Shown here piece after piece: positions 19,622 to 28,916 of a stretch of DNA of 64,000 nt (position 1 is the first letter of the stretch; the number at the start of each line of letters is the position of its first letter). Source of the DNA: a virus (taxonomy: Duplodnaviria; Heunggongvirae; Uroviricota; Caudoviricetes); the IMG/VR virus record IMGVR_UViG_3300046011_008537; one strand, 5' to 3'. The notes beneath the pieces are model-generated. The model saw only the letters and a list, made by a program, of their open reading frames with translations, did not search any database and had not been told where the DNA came from. The translations under genes and the position numbers were made by a program.

Positions 19622-21127
19622 ATGATAATTGAAATCGAAAAACATAATGAAACTTATGCTATCCTTAAATGCGATAAGGGGATTGCGCAAGAATTAAGCG
19701 ATTACTTTTCTTTCTTTGCTACTGGATATAAATTTATGCCTAGTTTTAAATCGAGACTCTGGGATGGAAAAGTTCGTTTAGCAAAAATATTACCAAATGG
19801 AGATATGGAGTTTTTTATTGGTTTAATCCCTCAATTAGAAGCATTCGCTAAAGATAGAGGTTATACTATAGAACACAATTATAAAGATAACTACGACCCA
19901 GTTACGGACACTGAGCTGCACAAATTTATTACTACATTAAATATTCATTCTAATGGAAAGAAAATTGAAGTTAGAGATTATCAATTTAAAGGCGTTCTCG
20001 ATTTTCTTAATGAAAAACGTTTAATGTTATTATCCCCGACAAGTTCAGGTAAAAGTTGTATCCTTTATATTATTGTTAGATATTTGTTAGCACATAAAAG
20101 AAAGAAAGGTTTACTGTTGGTTCCAAACACATCATTATGCCATCAGCTTACATCAGATTTTGCTGATTATTCAAGCCATAATGGATGGGATGTAAATAAA
20201 CATATTCATATGATATTTGCCGGTCAAGATAAAAATGCCGACAAACAACTATACATTAGCACGTGGCAATCATTATTTAATCATAAGAGCCGAACTTATT
20301 TTGACCAATTTGATTTTGTATTATGCGATGAAGCTCATTTAGCATCTGCAAATAGTTTAACAGGTATTGTACAAAAATGCATTAATGCTGATTATCGAGT
20401 TGGGGTTACTGGAACTCTAAATGGACAAAAAATACATTCATTGCAATTAGAAAGTTTATTTGGTCAAGTTAGAAAAGTTATTACAACCAAACAATTAATG
20501 GATAACAAACAAGTTACGAAACTAAGCATTAAATGTATCGTACTAAAATATCCCGAGGAAACGTGTAAATTATCTAAAGGTTTAAAGTATCAACAAGAAC
20601 TAGAATATTTAATTGCTAATGCTGGTAGAAATAAATTTATTAAGAATCTATCATTATCATTAAAAGGGAATACGTTATTATTATATCAATATGTTGAAAA
20701 ACATGGAGATGTACTATATGACTTAATTTCAAATTCAAAACATGCTGTTAATAAAAAGATATATTATATTCATGGTAATATTAAGGCTGAAGAAAGAGAA
20801 GAAATTAGAAAGGCAATGGAGACTGAACATAATGTAATTTTAATAGGTTCTGTTGGAACAGTGTCTACTGGAACTAATATTAAAAACCTACATAATATTA
20901 TATTTGCTAGCCCTTCTAAATCTAGAATAAGAAACCTCCAAGCTATTGGTCGCGTTTTACGTTTAAATGAAAATAAAGATGAAGCAGTATTATATGACCT
21001 TGCTGATGATTTACGGTATAAAAAACATCAAAACTATACTCTAACACATTTCCAAGAAAGAATCAAGATTTACAATGAAGAAAAATTTGATTATAAAATT
21101 ATTAAAGTAGATATGGAAACATTATGA
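19622..21127 (+). CDS. uvsW: DNA helicase UvsW (SF2)
   Basis: Aligns by eye with T4 UvsW: LSPTSSGKS Walker A, DEAH-box DEAH, GRVLR motif VI. Confidence 0.85.
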   Translation: MIIEIEKHNETYAILKCDKGIAQELSDYFSFFATGYKFMPSFKSRLWDGKVRLAKILPNGDMEFFIGLIPQLEAFAKDRGYTIEHNYKDNYDPVTDTELHKFITTLNIHSNGKKIEVRDYQFKGVLDFLNEKRLMLLSPTSSGKSCILYIIVRYLLAHKRKKGLLLVPNTSLCHQLTSDFADYSSHNGWDVNKHIHMIFAGQDKNADKQLYISTWQSLFNHKSRTYFDQFDFVLCDEAHLASANSLTGIVQKCINADYRVGVTGTLNGQKIHSLQLESLFGQVRKVITTKQLMDNKQVTKLSIKCIVLKYPEETCKLSKGLKYQQELEYLIANAGRNKFIKNLSLSLKGNTLLLYQYVEKHGDVLYDLISNSKHAVNKKIYYIHGNIKAEEREEIRKAMETEHNVILIGSVGTVSTGTNIKNLHNIIFASPSKSRIRNLQAIGRVLRLNENKDEAVLYDLADDLRYKKHQNYTLTHFQERIKIYNEEKFDYKIIKVDMETL

Positions 21128-21501
21128 CCGAAAAATTTGAAATTAAAATTGTTAGATTAAAAACTGGTGAAGACTTAATTGGATTTTATTATCAAGATAA
21201 AGAATCCAATACTGTAATAATAAAATACCCAAAAACATTCTACCCTACTATTGATATCGAAAACGAAACTGAAGAAATTATTATGGTTGATTGGATGCCT
21301 TTAGAAGCATTTCCCCTTCAAGAAGCACCTATTCCAATGGATCACATTTTATTTGTTTCTTATTCATCTATAGAGTTTGGATATCGATATCTTGATGCAA
21401 TATTGGAATATCTAGATCCCGAATCAACATTAGCTAAACAAATTAAAGAAACAATAATAGCTGAAACAGATATTCCGCCAGAAGGATATAGTATTCACTA
21501 A
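21124..21501 (+). CDS. UvsW.1-like small protein
   Basis: Immediately follows uvsW with a 4-nt overlap, as does T4 uvsW.1. Confidence 0.4.
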   Translation: MTEKFEIKIVRLKTGEDLIGFYYQDKESNTVIIKYPKTFYPTIDIENETEEIIMVDWMPLEAFPLQEAPIPMDHILFVSYSSIEFGYRYLDAILEYLDPESTLAKQIKETIIAETDIPPEGYSIH

Positions 21502-21706
21502 TTTAATCCTCTTCGAGGATCTGCTACGCAGTAATTCTATTTTGAGACTTTAATGTTTATGGAACGAGCTTTAGCGAAGTTCCAAACAACACTTAGAGTA
21601 TAATGTAACCTACAAATTTAATTTCGTCAAGCACTTTTTTTCAACTTATTATATTTTAACGAGAAATAGTTCTTGACGAAAATTAACCCTCCATAAGAAA
21701 TAATTC

Positions 21707-21735
21707 TTGCTATTTTAGCTTTTTTATAGTATAAT
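21707..21735 (+). promoter_or_regulatory. sigma70-type promoter TTGCTA-17-TATAAT upstream of gene 55
   Basis: Perfect -10, 17-nt spacer. Confidence 0.45.
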
Positions 21736-21771
21736 ACTGTTAAATAACTGATAATACATGGAGTAATTGCT

Positions 21772-22437
21772 ATGAAAGAATTAAAATTTGATTTCGCCGA
21801 TGTCCCAGATTTTACTGAAGAAATACCTTCTTTATTAGAAGATCTTCCGGAAGAAAAACCCGTTGTTGCTAAAGTAAAAAGAAAAAAAGTTACTAGAGAA
21901 TATATTAATAATGCTGATTTTTGCGCTGCTTTAGAGAAATATAAAGCTGATTGCGCTCTTGCTAAAGCTGAAGGGAAAATTAAACCTAGAATTCCAAATT
22001 ATATTGGAGAATGTTTCGTTAAATTATCAGAGGGATTAGCTCGTAGACCTAATTTCTTTGGGTATTCATATAAAGATGAAATGATTGCTGATGGAATTGA
22101 AAACTGTTTAATGTATTTTGAAAATTTTGATTCAGCAAAAACTAAAAATCCCTTTGCTTATTTTACTCAGATTCTTTGGTGGTGTTTTGTTCGTAGGATC
22201 CAAAAAGAAAAAAAACAACAGTATATAAAATATAAAGCAACAGAAAATTTCGGTATTCTTGATGAAGCTGAGTTATTGGAACTTGGTGAAGGTCAAATTA
22301 AACAAATTGAAGTTTATGATAATATGTATGATTTTATTCAAAAATTTGAAGATACTGAATTCAAAAAAAGCACTAAAAGTCCTGTAGCGAAGAAAAAGAA
22401 AAAAGCTAAAGGGATTGAAACTTTCTTGGAGGATTAA
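21772..22437 (+). CDS. 55: late-transcription sigma factor gp55
   Basis: Aligns with T4 gp55: GYSYKDEMIADGIENCLMYFENFD, KNPFAYFTQI. Confidence 0.75.
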   Translation: MKELKFDFADVPDFTEEIPSLLEDLPEEKPVVAKVKRKKVTREYINNADFCAALEKYKADCALAKAEGKIKPRIPNYIGECFVKLSEGLARRPNFFGYSYKDEMIADGIENCLMYFENFDSAKTKNPFAYFTQILWWCFVRRIQKEKKQQYIKYKATENFGILDEAELLELGEGQIKQIEVYDNMYDFIQKFEDTEFKKSTKSPVAKKKKKAKGIETFLED

Positions 22438-23501
22438 TGAGTAAAATTGTATTTTTAGGTGATACGCATTTTGGTTGTCGCGGGGATAGTCAACATTTTC
22501 ATGAATTTTTTGATAAATTCTATACTGATGTATTTTTTCCTTATTTAATTGCTAATAATGTTAAACACGTTATTCAATTAGGTGACATTTTTGATAGACG
22601 TAAATATTCTAACCATTATACTCTTGATGAAGCAAAAAGATATTTCTTTTCTAGATTTGATAAATTGGATATACAATTAACTACGCTATTAGGAAATCAC
22701 GACCTCTTTTATAAAGAATCATTGAGTATTAGTAGTTCTGGGTTATTCTTAACACAATTTAAAAATGTAACTGTTGTAAAAGAACCAACTAAACTTCTTA
22801 ATGGAATTTCTATTATTCCATGGATTTGTAAAGAAAATTATCAAGAATGTTTAAATTTTATTAAACAAGATACTTCTACTGTTTGTGTTGGGCATTTTGA
22901 AATAGAAGGTTTTAAGATGTACCAAAGTAGTATCCTATCGGAGCATGGATTGTCCGCTAAGGCGTTTTCTAATTATGAAAGGGTATTATCCGGTCATTAT
23001 CATCACGCGTCTAAGAGAGGGAATATCGAGTACATAGGGACTCCTTATGAGATGACTTGGCAAGATTATGCCGATCCAAAAGGTTTTAGAGTTTTTGACT
23101 TAGAAACTAGGGAATTGGAAACTGTACTTAATCCAAATTCAATTTTCTATAAGATGGATTATGATGATTCTGGATCTAGTGATGTCACTAATTCCAGTTA
23201 TCTTGATAAAGAATTTTTATCTAACGTAATTGGTAAATATGTTAAGATTCAAGTTAAGGCCAAAACTAATCCATATTTGTTTGATTTATTTGTCGATCAA
23301 GTTTATGCGAATAACCCTATAGATGTATCAATTACTGAAGATGTAGTTGATTTAGAAATTGATGAGGATGTTGATGAAACTGATGATACATTAACAATTA
23401 CTTACAAATATATTGATAGTATTAATCAACAAGAATTAGATAAAAACAAATTGAAGACTATGATGTCTAATTTATATACTGAAGCAATGGCGGTTGAATA
23501 A
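22437..23501 (+). CDS. 47: recombination nuclease subunit gp47 (Mre11/SbcD-like)
   Basis: Phosphoesterase motifs GDTH, GDIFD, GNHD, GHFE, GHYH. T4 gp47-like length. Confidence 0.8.
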   Translation: MSKIVFLGDTHFGCRGDSQHFHEFFDKFYTDVFFPYLIANNVKHVIQLGDIFDRRKYSNHYTLDEAKRYFFSRFDKLDIQLTTLLGNHDLFYKESLSISSSGLFLTQFKNVTVVKEPTKLLNGISIIPWICKENYQECLNFIKQDTSTVCVGHFEIEGFKMYQSSILSEHGLSAKAFSNYERVLSGHYHHASKRGNIEYIGTPYEMTWQDYADPKGFRVFDLETRELETVLNPNSIFYKMDYDDSGSSDVTNSSYLDKEFLSNVIGKYVKIQVKAKTNPYLFDLFVDQVYANNPIDVSITEDVVDLEIDEDVDETDDTLTITYKYIDSINQQELDKNKLKTMMSNLYTEAMAVE

Positions 23502-25222
23502 TGGTAATTTTTGAAACAATCCGGTTTAAAAACTTTCTTTCCTATGGAAATAACTTTACTGAAATTGAATTAAATAAAGATAGAACTACTTTATCCACTG
23601 GAATTAACGGGCAAGGCAAATCAACATTTATTGATGCAATTACCTTTGCCCTTTATGGAAAACCTTTTAGAAAAATTAACAAAAGCGGTTTAATAAATTC
23701 AATTAATAAATCTGAATTGGTTACTGAAGTTGAGTTTTCTATTGGTCCAAACAAATATAAAATTATTCGTGGTATTAAACCAAATATTTTTGAAGTTTAT
23801 TGTAATGGCGATTTAGTTCGCCAAGACGCAAAAGTAAAAGATTATCAAGAACAATTAGAAAGATATATACTTAAAATGAGTTATAAATCTTTTACTCAAG
23901 TTGTTATTCTTGGCTCAGCTAGATATACTCCTTTTATGCAGTTATCAGCTGGAGATAGACGCTCTGTTATTGAAGATTTGCTTGATATTCAGATTTTTTC
24001 TAACATGAACTCTATTGTTAAAGATAAAGTATCTGGAATTAAAGAAACTGTTCAAGATTGTAAATTTAATATTGAATTATTTAAAGACAAAATAGAACTT
24101 CAAAAACAAAATATTAAACGTACCAATCAAGTTTCTGATGAACTAATTCTTAGAAAAAAAGAATTAATTGCAAATACTTGTGTTGAAGTTGAAGATTTAC
24201 AGCAAACTATCTCTGAGTTATTGTCTGAAAACGAACGACTGGGTCATGAAATTTCTGATATGGATGTCGTTGAAAAAAAGAAAAATAAATTATTATTAAT
24301 TGAAGGTAAATTGCGCGATAATATATCTAAGGTAGAAAAAGATAATACATTCTATTATTCAAATGATAATTGTCCAACATGCCGTCAATCTATTAATTCT
24401 GTGTTTAAACAGGAAATTATTGAAAAAAATAGCACTAAATTAATAGAATTAGTTGATGGCGAAAAAAAATTATCTAAGGAATTAAAGGTTGCTACTGATA
24501 GATTAGTTGCTATATCCAAGATAAACGCTAAAATTTTAAAGAATTCAAGTATTTTATCAGAGAAAAATTCAAATATTGTTTCTGCGCAAAAATATATAAA
24601 ACTAGTTTCTAATGAAATTGATCAACTAAAAGATTCATCAAATACCGCTGATAATGGTTCAGATAAACTGCAAGAATTAATTGAATCATTAGATATTTAT
24701 GTTGAAAAATATGAAGAATATATAAATGAAAAAAGTTATTATGATTTTATTTCTGTTATGTTAAAAGATGGAGGAATTAAAACTCGTATAATTAAACAGT
24801 ATCTTCCTATTTTAAACAAATATATAAATCAGTATTTGGCTCAATTAGATTTCTTTGTTAATTTTAATATTAATGAAAATTTTGAAGAAGTAATTAAATC
24901 GCGTCATAGAGATGAATTTACTTATGCAAATTTTTCTGAGGGCGAAAAAACTAGGTTAGATTTAGCTATTTTATTTTCATTTAGACAACTAGCTAGATTA
25001 AAAAATTCAGTAAATACCAATTTATTAATTCTTGACGAAATAATGGACGGCAGTCTTGATACTGGGGGTACTGATGTTTTTATGAATTTATTATCATCAG
25101 TTGATAAAAGTACAAATATATTTGTTATTAGTCATAAGTCTGATCAAGTATCAGATAAATTCGATACTGTATTAAAGTTCGAAAAAATAAAAAACTTTTC
25201 AAAGATGAAGGTTATACAATGA
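23501..25222 (+). CDS. 46: recombination ATPase subunit gp46 (Rad50/SbcC-like)
   Basis: N-terminal Walker A GINGQGKST, central coiled coil with CPTC zinc hook, C-terminal signature and Walker B (LILDE). Confidence 0.8.
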   Translation: MVIFETIRFKNFLSYGNNFTEIELNKDRTTLSTGINGQGKSTFIDAITFALYGKPFRKINKSGLINSINKSELVTEVEFSIGPNKYKIIRGIKPNIFEVYCNGDLVRQDAKVKDYQEQLERYILKMSYKSFTQVVILGSARYTPFMQLSAGDRRSVIEDLLDIQIFSNMNSIVKDKVSGIKETVQDCKFNIELFKDKIELQKQNIKRTNQVSDELILRKKELIANTCVEVEDLQQTISELLSENERLGHEISDMDVVEKKKNKLLLIEGKLRDNISKVEKDNTFYYSNDNCPTCRQSINSVFKQEIIEKNSTKLIELVDGEKKLSKELKVATDRLVAISKINAKILKNSSILSEKNSNIVSAQKYIKLVSNEIDQLKDSSNTADNGSDKLQELIESLDIYVEKYEEYINEKSYYDFISVMLKDGGIKTRIIKQYLPILNKYINQYLAQLDFFVNFNINENFEEVIKSRHRDEFTYANFSEGEKTRLDLAILFSFRQLARLKNSVNTNLLILDEIMDGSLDTGGTDVFMNLLSSVDKSTNIFVISHKSDQVSDKFDTVLKFEKIKNFSKMKVIQ

Positions 25223-25830
25223 GCGAGTTTATATATAATACTGCTGATGTAGTTTCTCAGGCTGCAGCAGTGCCTGAACCTCAATTTCTTGGTTATGAAT
25301 TATGTGATCAAAAAGATCCAGTTTTAACTACAAAGTTAAAACACTTCGATTTTACCAATACTGAATTAAATTCTAGCGAAATTGCTTCAAAGTTAATTGC
25401 AACATGTAAATTCCATAAAGTATATGGAATTGCTGCAAATCAATGCGGATTAGAACACAAAGTATTAGTTGCTGGCGCTGAGGATAATTTTGTTGCATTT
25501 TTTAACCCTATTGTTATTGAATCGCATGGCGAAATTTTATTAGAAGAATCTGATTTAAGTAATATGGGTTTATTAATTGCAGTTAAACGCCCTACTACAG
25601 TTATTGTTTCATATCAAGATTTCGAAGGAAATGAAAAGATGACTAGGTTCGATGGTTTAACTTCAAGAATTATTCAACAAGGAATAGATAGATTAAATGG
25701 AATTGATTTTAAAACTAAAGTTTCTAAATTTGTTTTAGAACGAGCTGAAACTGCTCTAAATAAAAAAATTAAGAAATTCATAAAGAGTCACATAATTACG
25801 AAAAAGAGAGGTAAAAATGGCAAGAAGTAA
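25219..25830 (+). CDS. peptide deformylase homolog with degenerate metal site (pseudo-PDF?)
   Basis: Motif 1 GIAANQCG present. Motif 2 EGCLS replaced by EESDLS. Motif 3 HEIDH replaced by QGIDR. Otherwise colinear with E. coli PDF. Confidence 0.55.
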   Translation: MSEFIYNTADVVSQAAAVPEPQFLGYELCDQKDPVLTTKLKHFDFTNTELNSSEIASKLIATCKFHKVYGIAANQCGLEHKVLVAGAEDNFVAFFNPIVIESHGEILLEESDLSNMGLLIAVKRPTTVIVSYQDFEGNEKMTRFDGLTSRIIQQGIDRLNGIDFKTKVSKFVLERAETALNKKIKKFIKSHIITKKRGKNGKK

Positions 25831-26125
25831 ATGTCGTACATGCGTAACTATTTCTACTATTTGGAAATTAAGTAAAATACATTTTAGGCATTTTATAGAA
25901 GATATTCGAGCATTTAATGAAGTTCAAGAATATTCATGTAAAATTCATTATGCTGAGGATATTTCAAAAATTCCTTTAATTCCATCCAGGGAAGCCGAAG
26001 CAATTAAAAAGGTACGAGAAACTGCTGCATCTAAATATAATTCCGAGATTACCGAAAAGATATTCGCAATACCAGAAGATATACAAAATAAAATTAACGA
26101 ACAAATTTTAAAAGAGACTACTTAA
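25817..26125 (+). CDS. hypothetical protein
   Basis: 102-aa ORF in operon-like arrangement. No motif. Confidence 0.3.
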   Translation: MARSKCRTCVTISTIWKLSKIHFRHFIEDIRAFNEVQEYSCKIHYAEDISKIPLIPSREAEAIKKVRETAASKYNSEITEKIFAIPEDIQNKINEQILKETT

Positions 26126-26128
26126 ATT

Positions 26129-26923
26129 ATGGAAATTAAATTATCAAAAGAAAATCTAGAAGGCAAAAAACTATTTGTTGCTACGCCAATGTATGGCGGT
26201 AGTTGTCTTGGTGCTTATATGAAGTCTTGTTTAGACTTACAAATGGCCGGATTACAATATGGATTGGAAATTAAATTCTCGTTCTTATTTAATGAAAGTT
26301 TAATTCAGCGAGCAAGAAATTATTTGGTTGATGAATTTTTACGTTCTGATTGTTCTCATATGATGTTTATTGATGCTGATATTGGTTTTAATGCAATGGA
26401 TGTTATTGCCATGTTAGTATTAGATAAAGATATTATTGGCGCTCCGTACCCAAAGAAAACTATTAAATGGGAAAATATTAAAAAGGCAATTATTAAAAAT
26501 CCTAATATTTCGACTGGAGAATTAGAGAGATTAGGTGGAGATATTGTATTTAATCCTGTTGCTGGAACTAAACAGTTTAATGTTACTGAGCCATTACAAG
26601 TTCTTGAGATTGGAACTGGTATGATGATGATTCGTAAAGATGTTCTATCTAAATTTAAAGAAGCGTTTCCGCAATATGAATATACGCCCGATCATGTTGG
26701 AACTCAACATTTTGGTGGTGATAGAAAAATTCATTCGTATTTTAACGTTGAAATTGATGAAGAATCTAATCGCGTATTAAGCGAAGATTATCACTTCTGT
26801 CAACAATGTAGAAAAATCGGAATTGAAGTTTGGATGGCGCCATGGGTTAACTGTTTACATGTCGGAAGCTATCAGTTCCAAGGTAATTTACCAGCTGTAG
26901 CAAATTATCTCGGCGAACTGTAA
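26129..26923 (+). CDS. hypothetical protein, possible GT-A-like transferase (DAD motif)
   Basis: 264 aa. FIDADIGF DxD-like motif. Weak call. Confidence 0.3.
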   Translation: MEIKLSKENLEGKKLFVATPMYGGSCLGAYMKSCLDLQMAGLQYGLEIKFSFLFNESLIQRARNYLVDEFLRSDCSHMMFIDADIGFNAMDVIAMLVLDKDIIGAPYPKKTIKWENIKKAIIKNPNISTGELERLGGDIVFNPVAGTKQFNVTEPLQVLEIGTGMMMIRKDVLSKFKEAFPQYEYTPDHVGTQHFGGDRKIHSYFNVEIDEESNRVLSEDYHFCQQCRKIGIEVWMAPWVNCLHVGSYQFQGNLPAVANYLGEL

Positions 26924-26941
26924 AATAATTTAAAAAAGTGC

Positions 26942-26970
26942 TTGACTTTATAGAGGTGTTAATATATAAT
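26942..26970 (+). promoter_or_regulatory. strong T4 early-type promoter TTGACT-17-TATAAT with upstream AAAAAAGTGC element; 7-bp inverted repeat (TAGAGGT/ACCTCTA) brackets the -10
   Basis: Perfect consensus hexamers and spacing. Confidence 0.65.
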
Positions 26971-27018
26971 ACCTCTATACTAAAAAAGTTAGAAATAATT
27001 TTAAAAAAGTTGTAAAAA

Positions 27019-27051
27019 TTGACTAAATAGAATAAAGTATTTTTATAAATA
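27019..27051 (+). promoter_or_regulatory. second promoter: TTGACT -35 with overlapping late TATAAATA box (27044-27051) upstream of tRNA cluster
   Basis: TTGACT then TATAAATA 19-20 nt downstream. Confidence 0.4.
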
Positions 27052-27072
27052 GGTACTTTACCAAGAATATTT

Positions 27073-27147
27073 GCCTTTTTAGTATAATGGCTATTACAGT
27101 TGACTTGTAATCTTCAGATCTCAGTTCGATTCTGGGAAGAGGCTCCA
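27073..27147 (+). tRNA. probable tRNA-Thr (anticodon TGT) with weak anticodon stem (two U-U mismatches); encoded CCA
   Basis: Acceptor GCCTTTT/AAGAGGC, D-loop AATGGCTA, loop CUUGUAA, canonical T-arm CTCAG-TTCGATT-CTGGG, CCA. Confidence 0.5.
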
Positions 27148-27155
27148 AATTATTA

Positions 27156-27232
27156 CTCCCATTAGCTCAGTCTGGTAGAGCGATCCGTTTGGGGCGGATA
27201 GGTCGGCAGTTCGAATCTGTCATGGGAGACCA
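27156..27232 (+). tRNA. tRNA-Pro (anticodon TGG), encoded CCA
   Basis: Full cloverleaf: CTCCCAT/ATGGGAG acceptor, GCTC/GAGC D-stem, ATCCG-TTTGGGG-CGGAT, GGCAG-TTCGAAT-CTGTC. Confidence 0.85.
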
Positions 27233-27233
27233 A

Positions 27234-27866
27234 ATGTTTATTGAGAATTATATTATGATTATAGGTTTACTTGGTTTTATTGGTTCCGGAAAAGGAACTG
27301 CTGGCGATATTTTAGTAGAAAATGATTTTACTGCTTTATCCTTTGCTGGTTCGTTAAAGGATGCAGTATCTTCTATTTTTGGTTGGGATAGAGCTCTATT
27401 AGAAGGTGATACTGAAGAATCGCGAGTTTTTCGTGAAACTGTTGATAATTTTTGGTCAGTTAAATTTGGTAAATCTATAACGCCTAGATATATTTTACAG
27501 TATTTTGGTACAGAAGTTTGTAGAAATAATTTACTTGATAGTATTTGGGTTGATTCTCTAGAAAGAAAAATTCAACAGTATGATAATGTAGTTATTACTG
27601 ATGTTAGATTTAAAAATGAAATTAGTTTTTTAAGGTCTATTGGGGCTAAATTTATACATATTGACAGAAAAGAAACGCGACCTGAATGGTATGGATTTCT
27701 TGACTCAGTAGATAGACCTGTATTTGTAGCTTATGCTGAAGCTAGAGATATTCATAAATCTGAATATGAATGGTATAGTAATCCTCATATTGACTATATA
27801 ATTCAAAATAATGGAACTCTACAAGAATTAGAGCTAAAAATATTAGATGTAATTGTAAATAATTAA
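27234..27866 (+). CDS. 1: dNMP kinase gp1 (start 2 nt after tRNA-Pro; alternative start 27255 gives exact T4 gp1 P-loop register)
   Basis: P-loop MIIGLLGFIGSGKGTAGD aligns with T4 gp1 MKLIFLSGVKRSGKDTTAD. ORF-track start at 27189 overlaps tRNA-Pro and is rejected. Confidence 0.65.
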   Translation: MFIENYIMIIGLLGFIGSGKGTAGDILVENDFTALSFAGSLKDAVSSIFGWDRALLEGDTEESRVFRETVDNFWSVKFGKSITPRYILQYFGTEVCRNNLLDSIWVDSLERKIQQYDNVVITDVRFKNEISFLRSIGAKFIHIDRKETRPEWYGFLDSVDRPVFVAYAEARDIHKSEYEWYSNPHIDYIIQNNGTLQELELKILDVIVNN

Positions 27867-27868
27867 AT

Positions 27869-28540
27869 ATGATTTCTAAATATCTAACACAAATACAAAA
27901 TGACGGGTTACAAATAGATGTTGTTTATGATATTGGCGCTCATCAAGGTAGTTGGTCTAGTTATTTAAAATCCAACGTTTTACCTGTTAGCGATTTTTAT
28001 TTATTTGAAGCTGACTCAATACATCAGTCTTCTTTAGAAGAATTAGGTTTTCCATATTTTATTGGAGTATTAAGTAATCCTGGGAGAAAATTTGTTGAGT
28101 TTTATAACACAAATTCAACTGATTGTAGCACTGGTAGTTCTTATTATAAAGAAAATACTGTTTATTATGATAATTTTTCTGCAGTTAAATTTCCTTGTAC
28201 AACGTTAGAATCACTTATAATTGAATATGGTTTACCAATACCTAATCTACTAAAAATAGATACGCAAGGTTCTGAATTAGATATTTTGCGCGGCGTTGAA
28301 TCATATATAGATAATATTGATTTGATATATTTAGAATGCCCTATAATTAAATATAACATTCATGCTCCATCTATTCAAGATTATATAGATTATATGAAAG
28401 AAAAAGGATTTATTCCTACTGAAGTAATGGAAATCCATAGATATGAACATGTATTATTACAAATAGATATTATGTTTATTAATTGCGCAACAAAAGAATG
28501 GCTTTATGGTCCAACTGAATTTAGTCGACCTTTAGTTTAA
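27869..28540 (+). CDS. FkbM-family SAM-dependent methyltransferase
   Basis: DIGAHQGSW ... LLKIDTQGSELDIL ... LIYLE pattern typical of FkbM-domain methyltransferases. Confidence 0.55.
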   Translation: MISKYLTQIQNDGLQIDVVYDIGAHQGSWSSYLKSNVLPVSDFYLFEADSIHQSSLEELGFPYFIGVLSNPGRKFVEFYNTNSTDCSTGSSYYKENTVYYDNFSAVKFPCTTLESLIIEYGLPIPNLLKIDTQGSELDILRGVESYIDNIDLIYLECPIIKYNIHAPSIQDYIDYMKEKGFIPTEVMEIHRYEHVLLQIDIMFINCATKEWLYGPTEFSRPLV

Positions 28541-28548
28541 AAGATAAT

Positions 28549-28623
28549 TCCCTAGTAGCTCAGTGGTAGAGCTGACGGCTGTTAACCGTCCGGTCGGTGG
28601 TTCGAACCCATCCTAGGGAGCCA
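28549..28623 (+). tRNA. tRNA-Asn (anticodon GTT), encoded CCA
   Basis: TCCCTAG/CTAGGGA acceptor, loop CUGUUAA, T-arm GGTGG-TTCGAAC-CCATC. Confidence 0.85.
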
Positions 28624-28640
28624 AATAAGACCCATTAGGT

Positions 28641-28714
28641 GTGACTATGACGGAATTGGTAGACGTCCTCGATTGTGATTCGAGATTTTGTGGGTTCAAG
28701 TCCCACTAGTCACC
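28641..28714 (+). tRNA. tRNA-His (anticodon GTG); no encoded G-1 or CCA; flanked by 9-bp inverted repeat extending the acceptor stem
   Basis: GTGACTA/TAGTCAC acceptor, loop UUGUGAU, T-arm GTGGG-TTCAAGT-CCCAC. CCCATTAGG at 28631-28639 pairs with CCTAATGGG at 28715-28723. Confidence 0.8.
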
Positions 28715-28737
28715 CCTAATGGGTTTAAAAAATAATT

Positions 28738-28812
28738 GTCGCTATCGTCTATCGGTTAGGACACAAGATTTTCATTCTTGTAAGCGGGGTTCGATTCCCC
28801 GTAGCGACGCCA
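28738..28812 (+). tRNA. tRNA-Glu (anticodon TTC), encoded CCA
   Basis: GTCGCTA/TAGCGAC acceptor, loop UUUUCAU, T-arm CGGGG-TTCGATT-CCCCG. Confidence 0.85.
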
Positions 28813-28817
28813 ATATT

Positions 28818-28894
28818 GGGTAGGTAGTTTAATTGGATAAAACATGTGCCTCCAAAACACAAAGATGAGAGTTCAAATCTTTCTCTGCCCGCCA
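28818..28894 (+). tRNA. tRNA-Trp (anticodon CCA), encoded CCA
   Basis: GGGTAGG/TCTGCCC acceptor with G-U pairs, loop CUCCAAA, T-arm GAGAG-TTCAAAT-CTTTC. Confidence 0.75.
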
Positions 28895-28916
28895 ATTAAT
28901 TTAATACGAGGAAGTT

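Noticed and set aside
27189-27233. ORF-track N-terminal extension of the dNMP kinase gene
   Set aside because: It overlaps tRNA-Pro on the same strand. The T4 gp1 alignment begins at the downstream Met.
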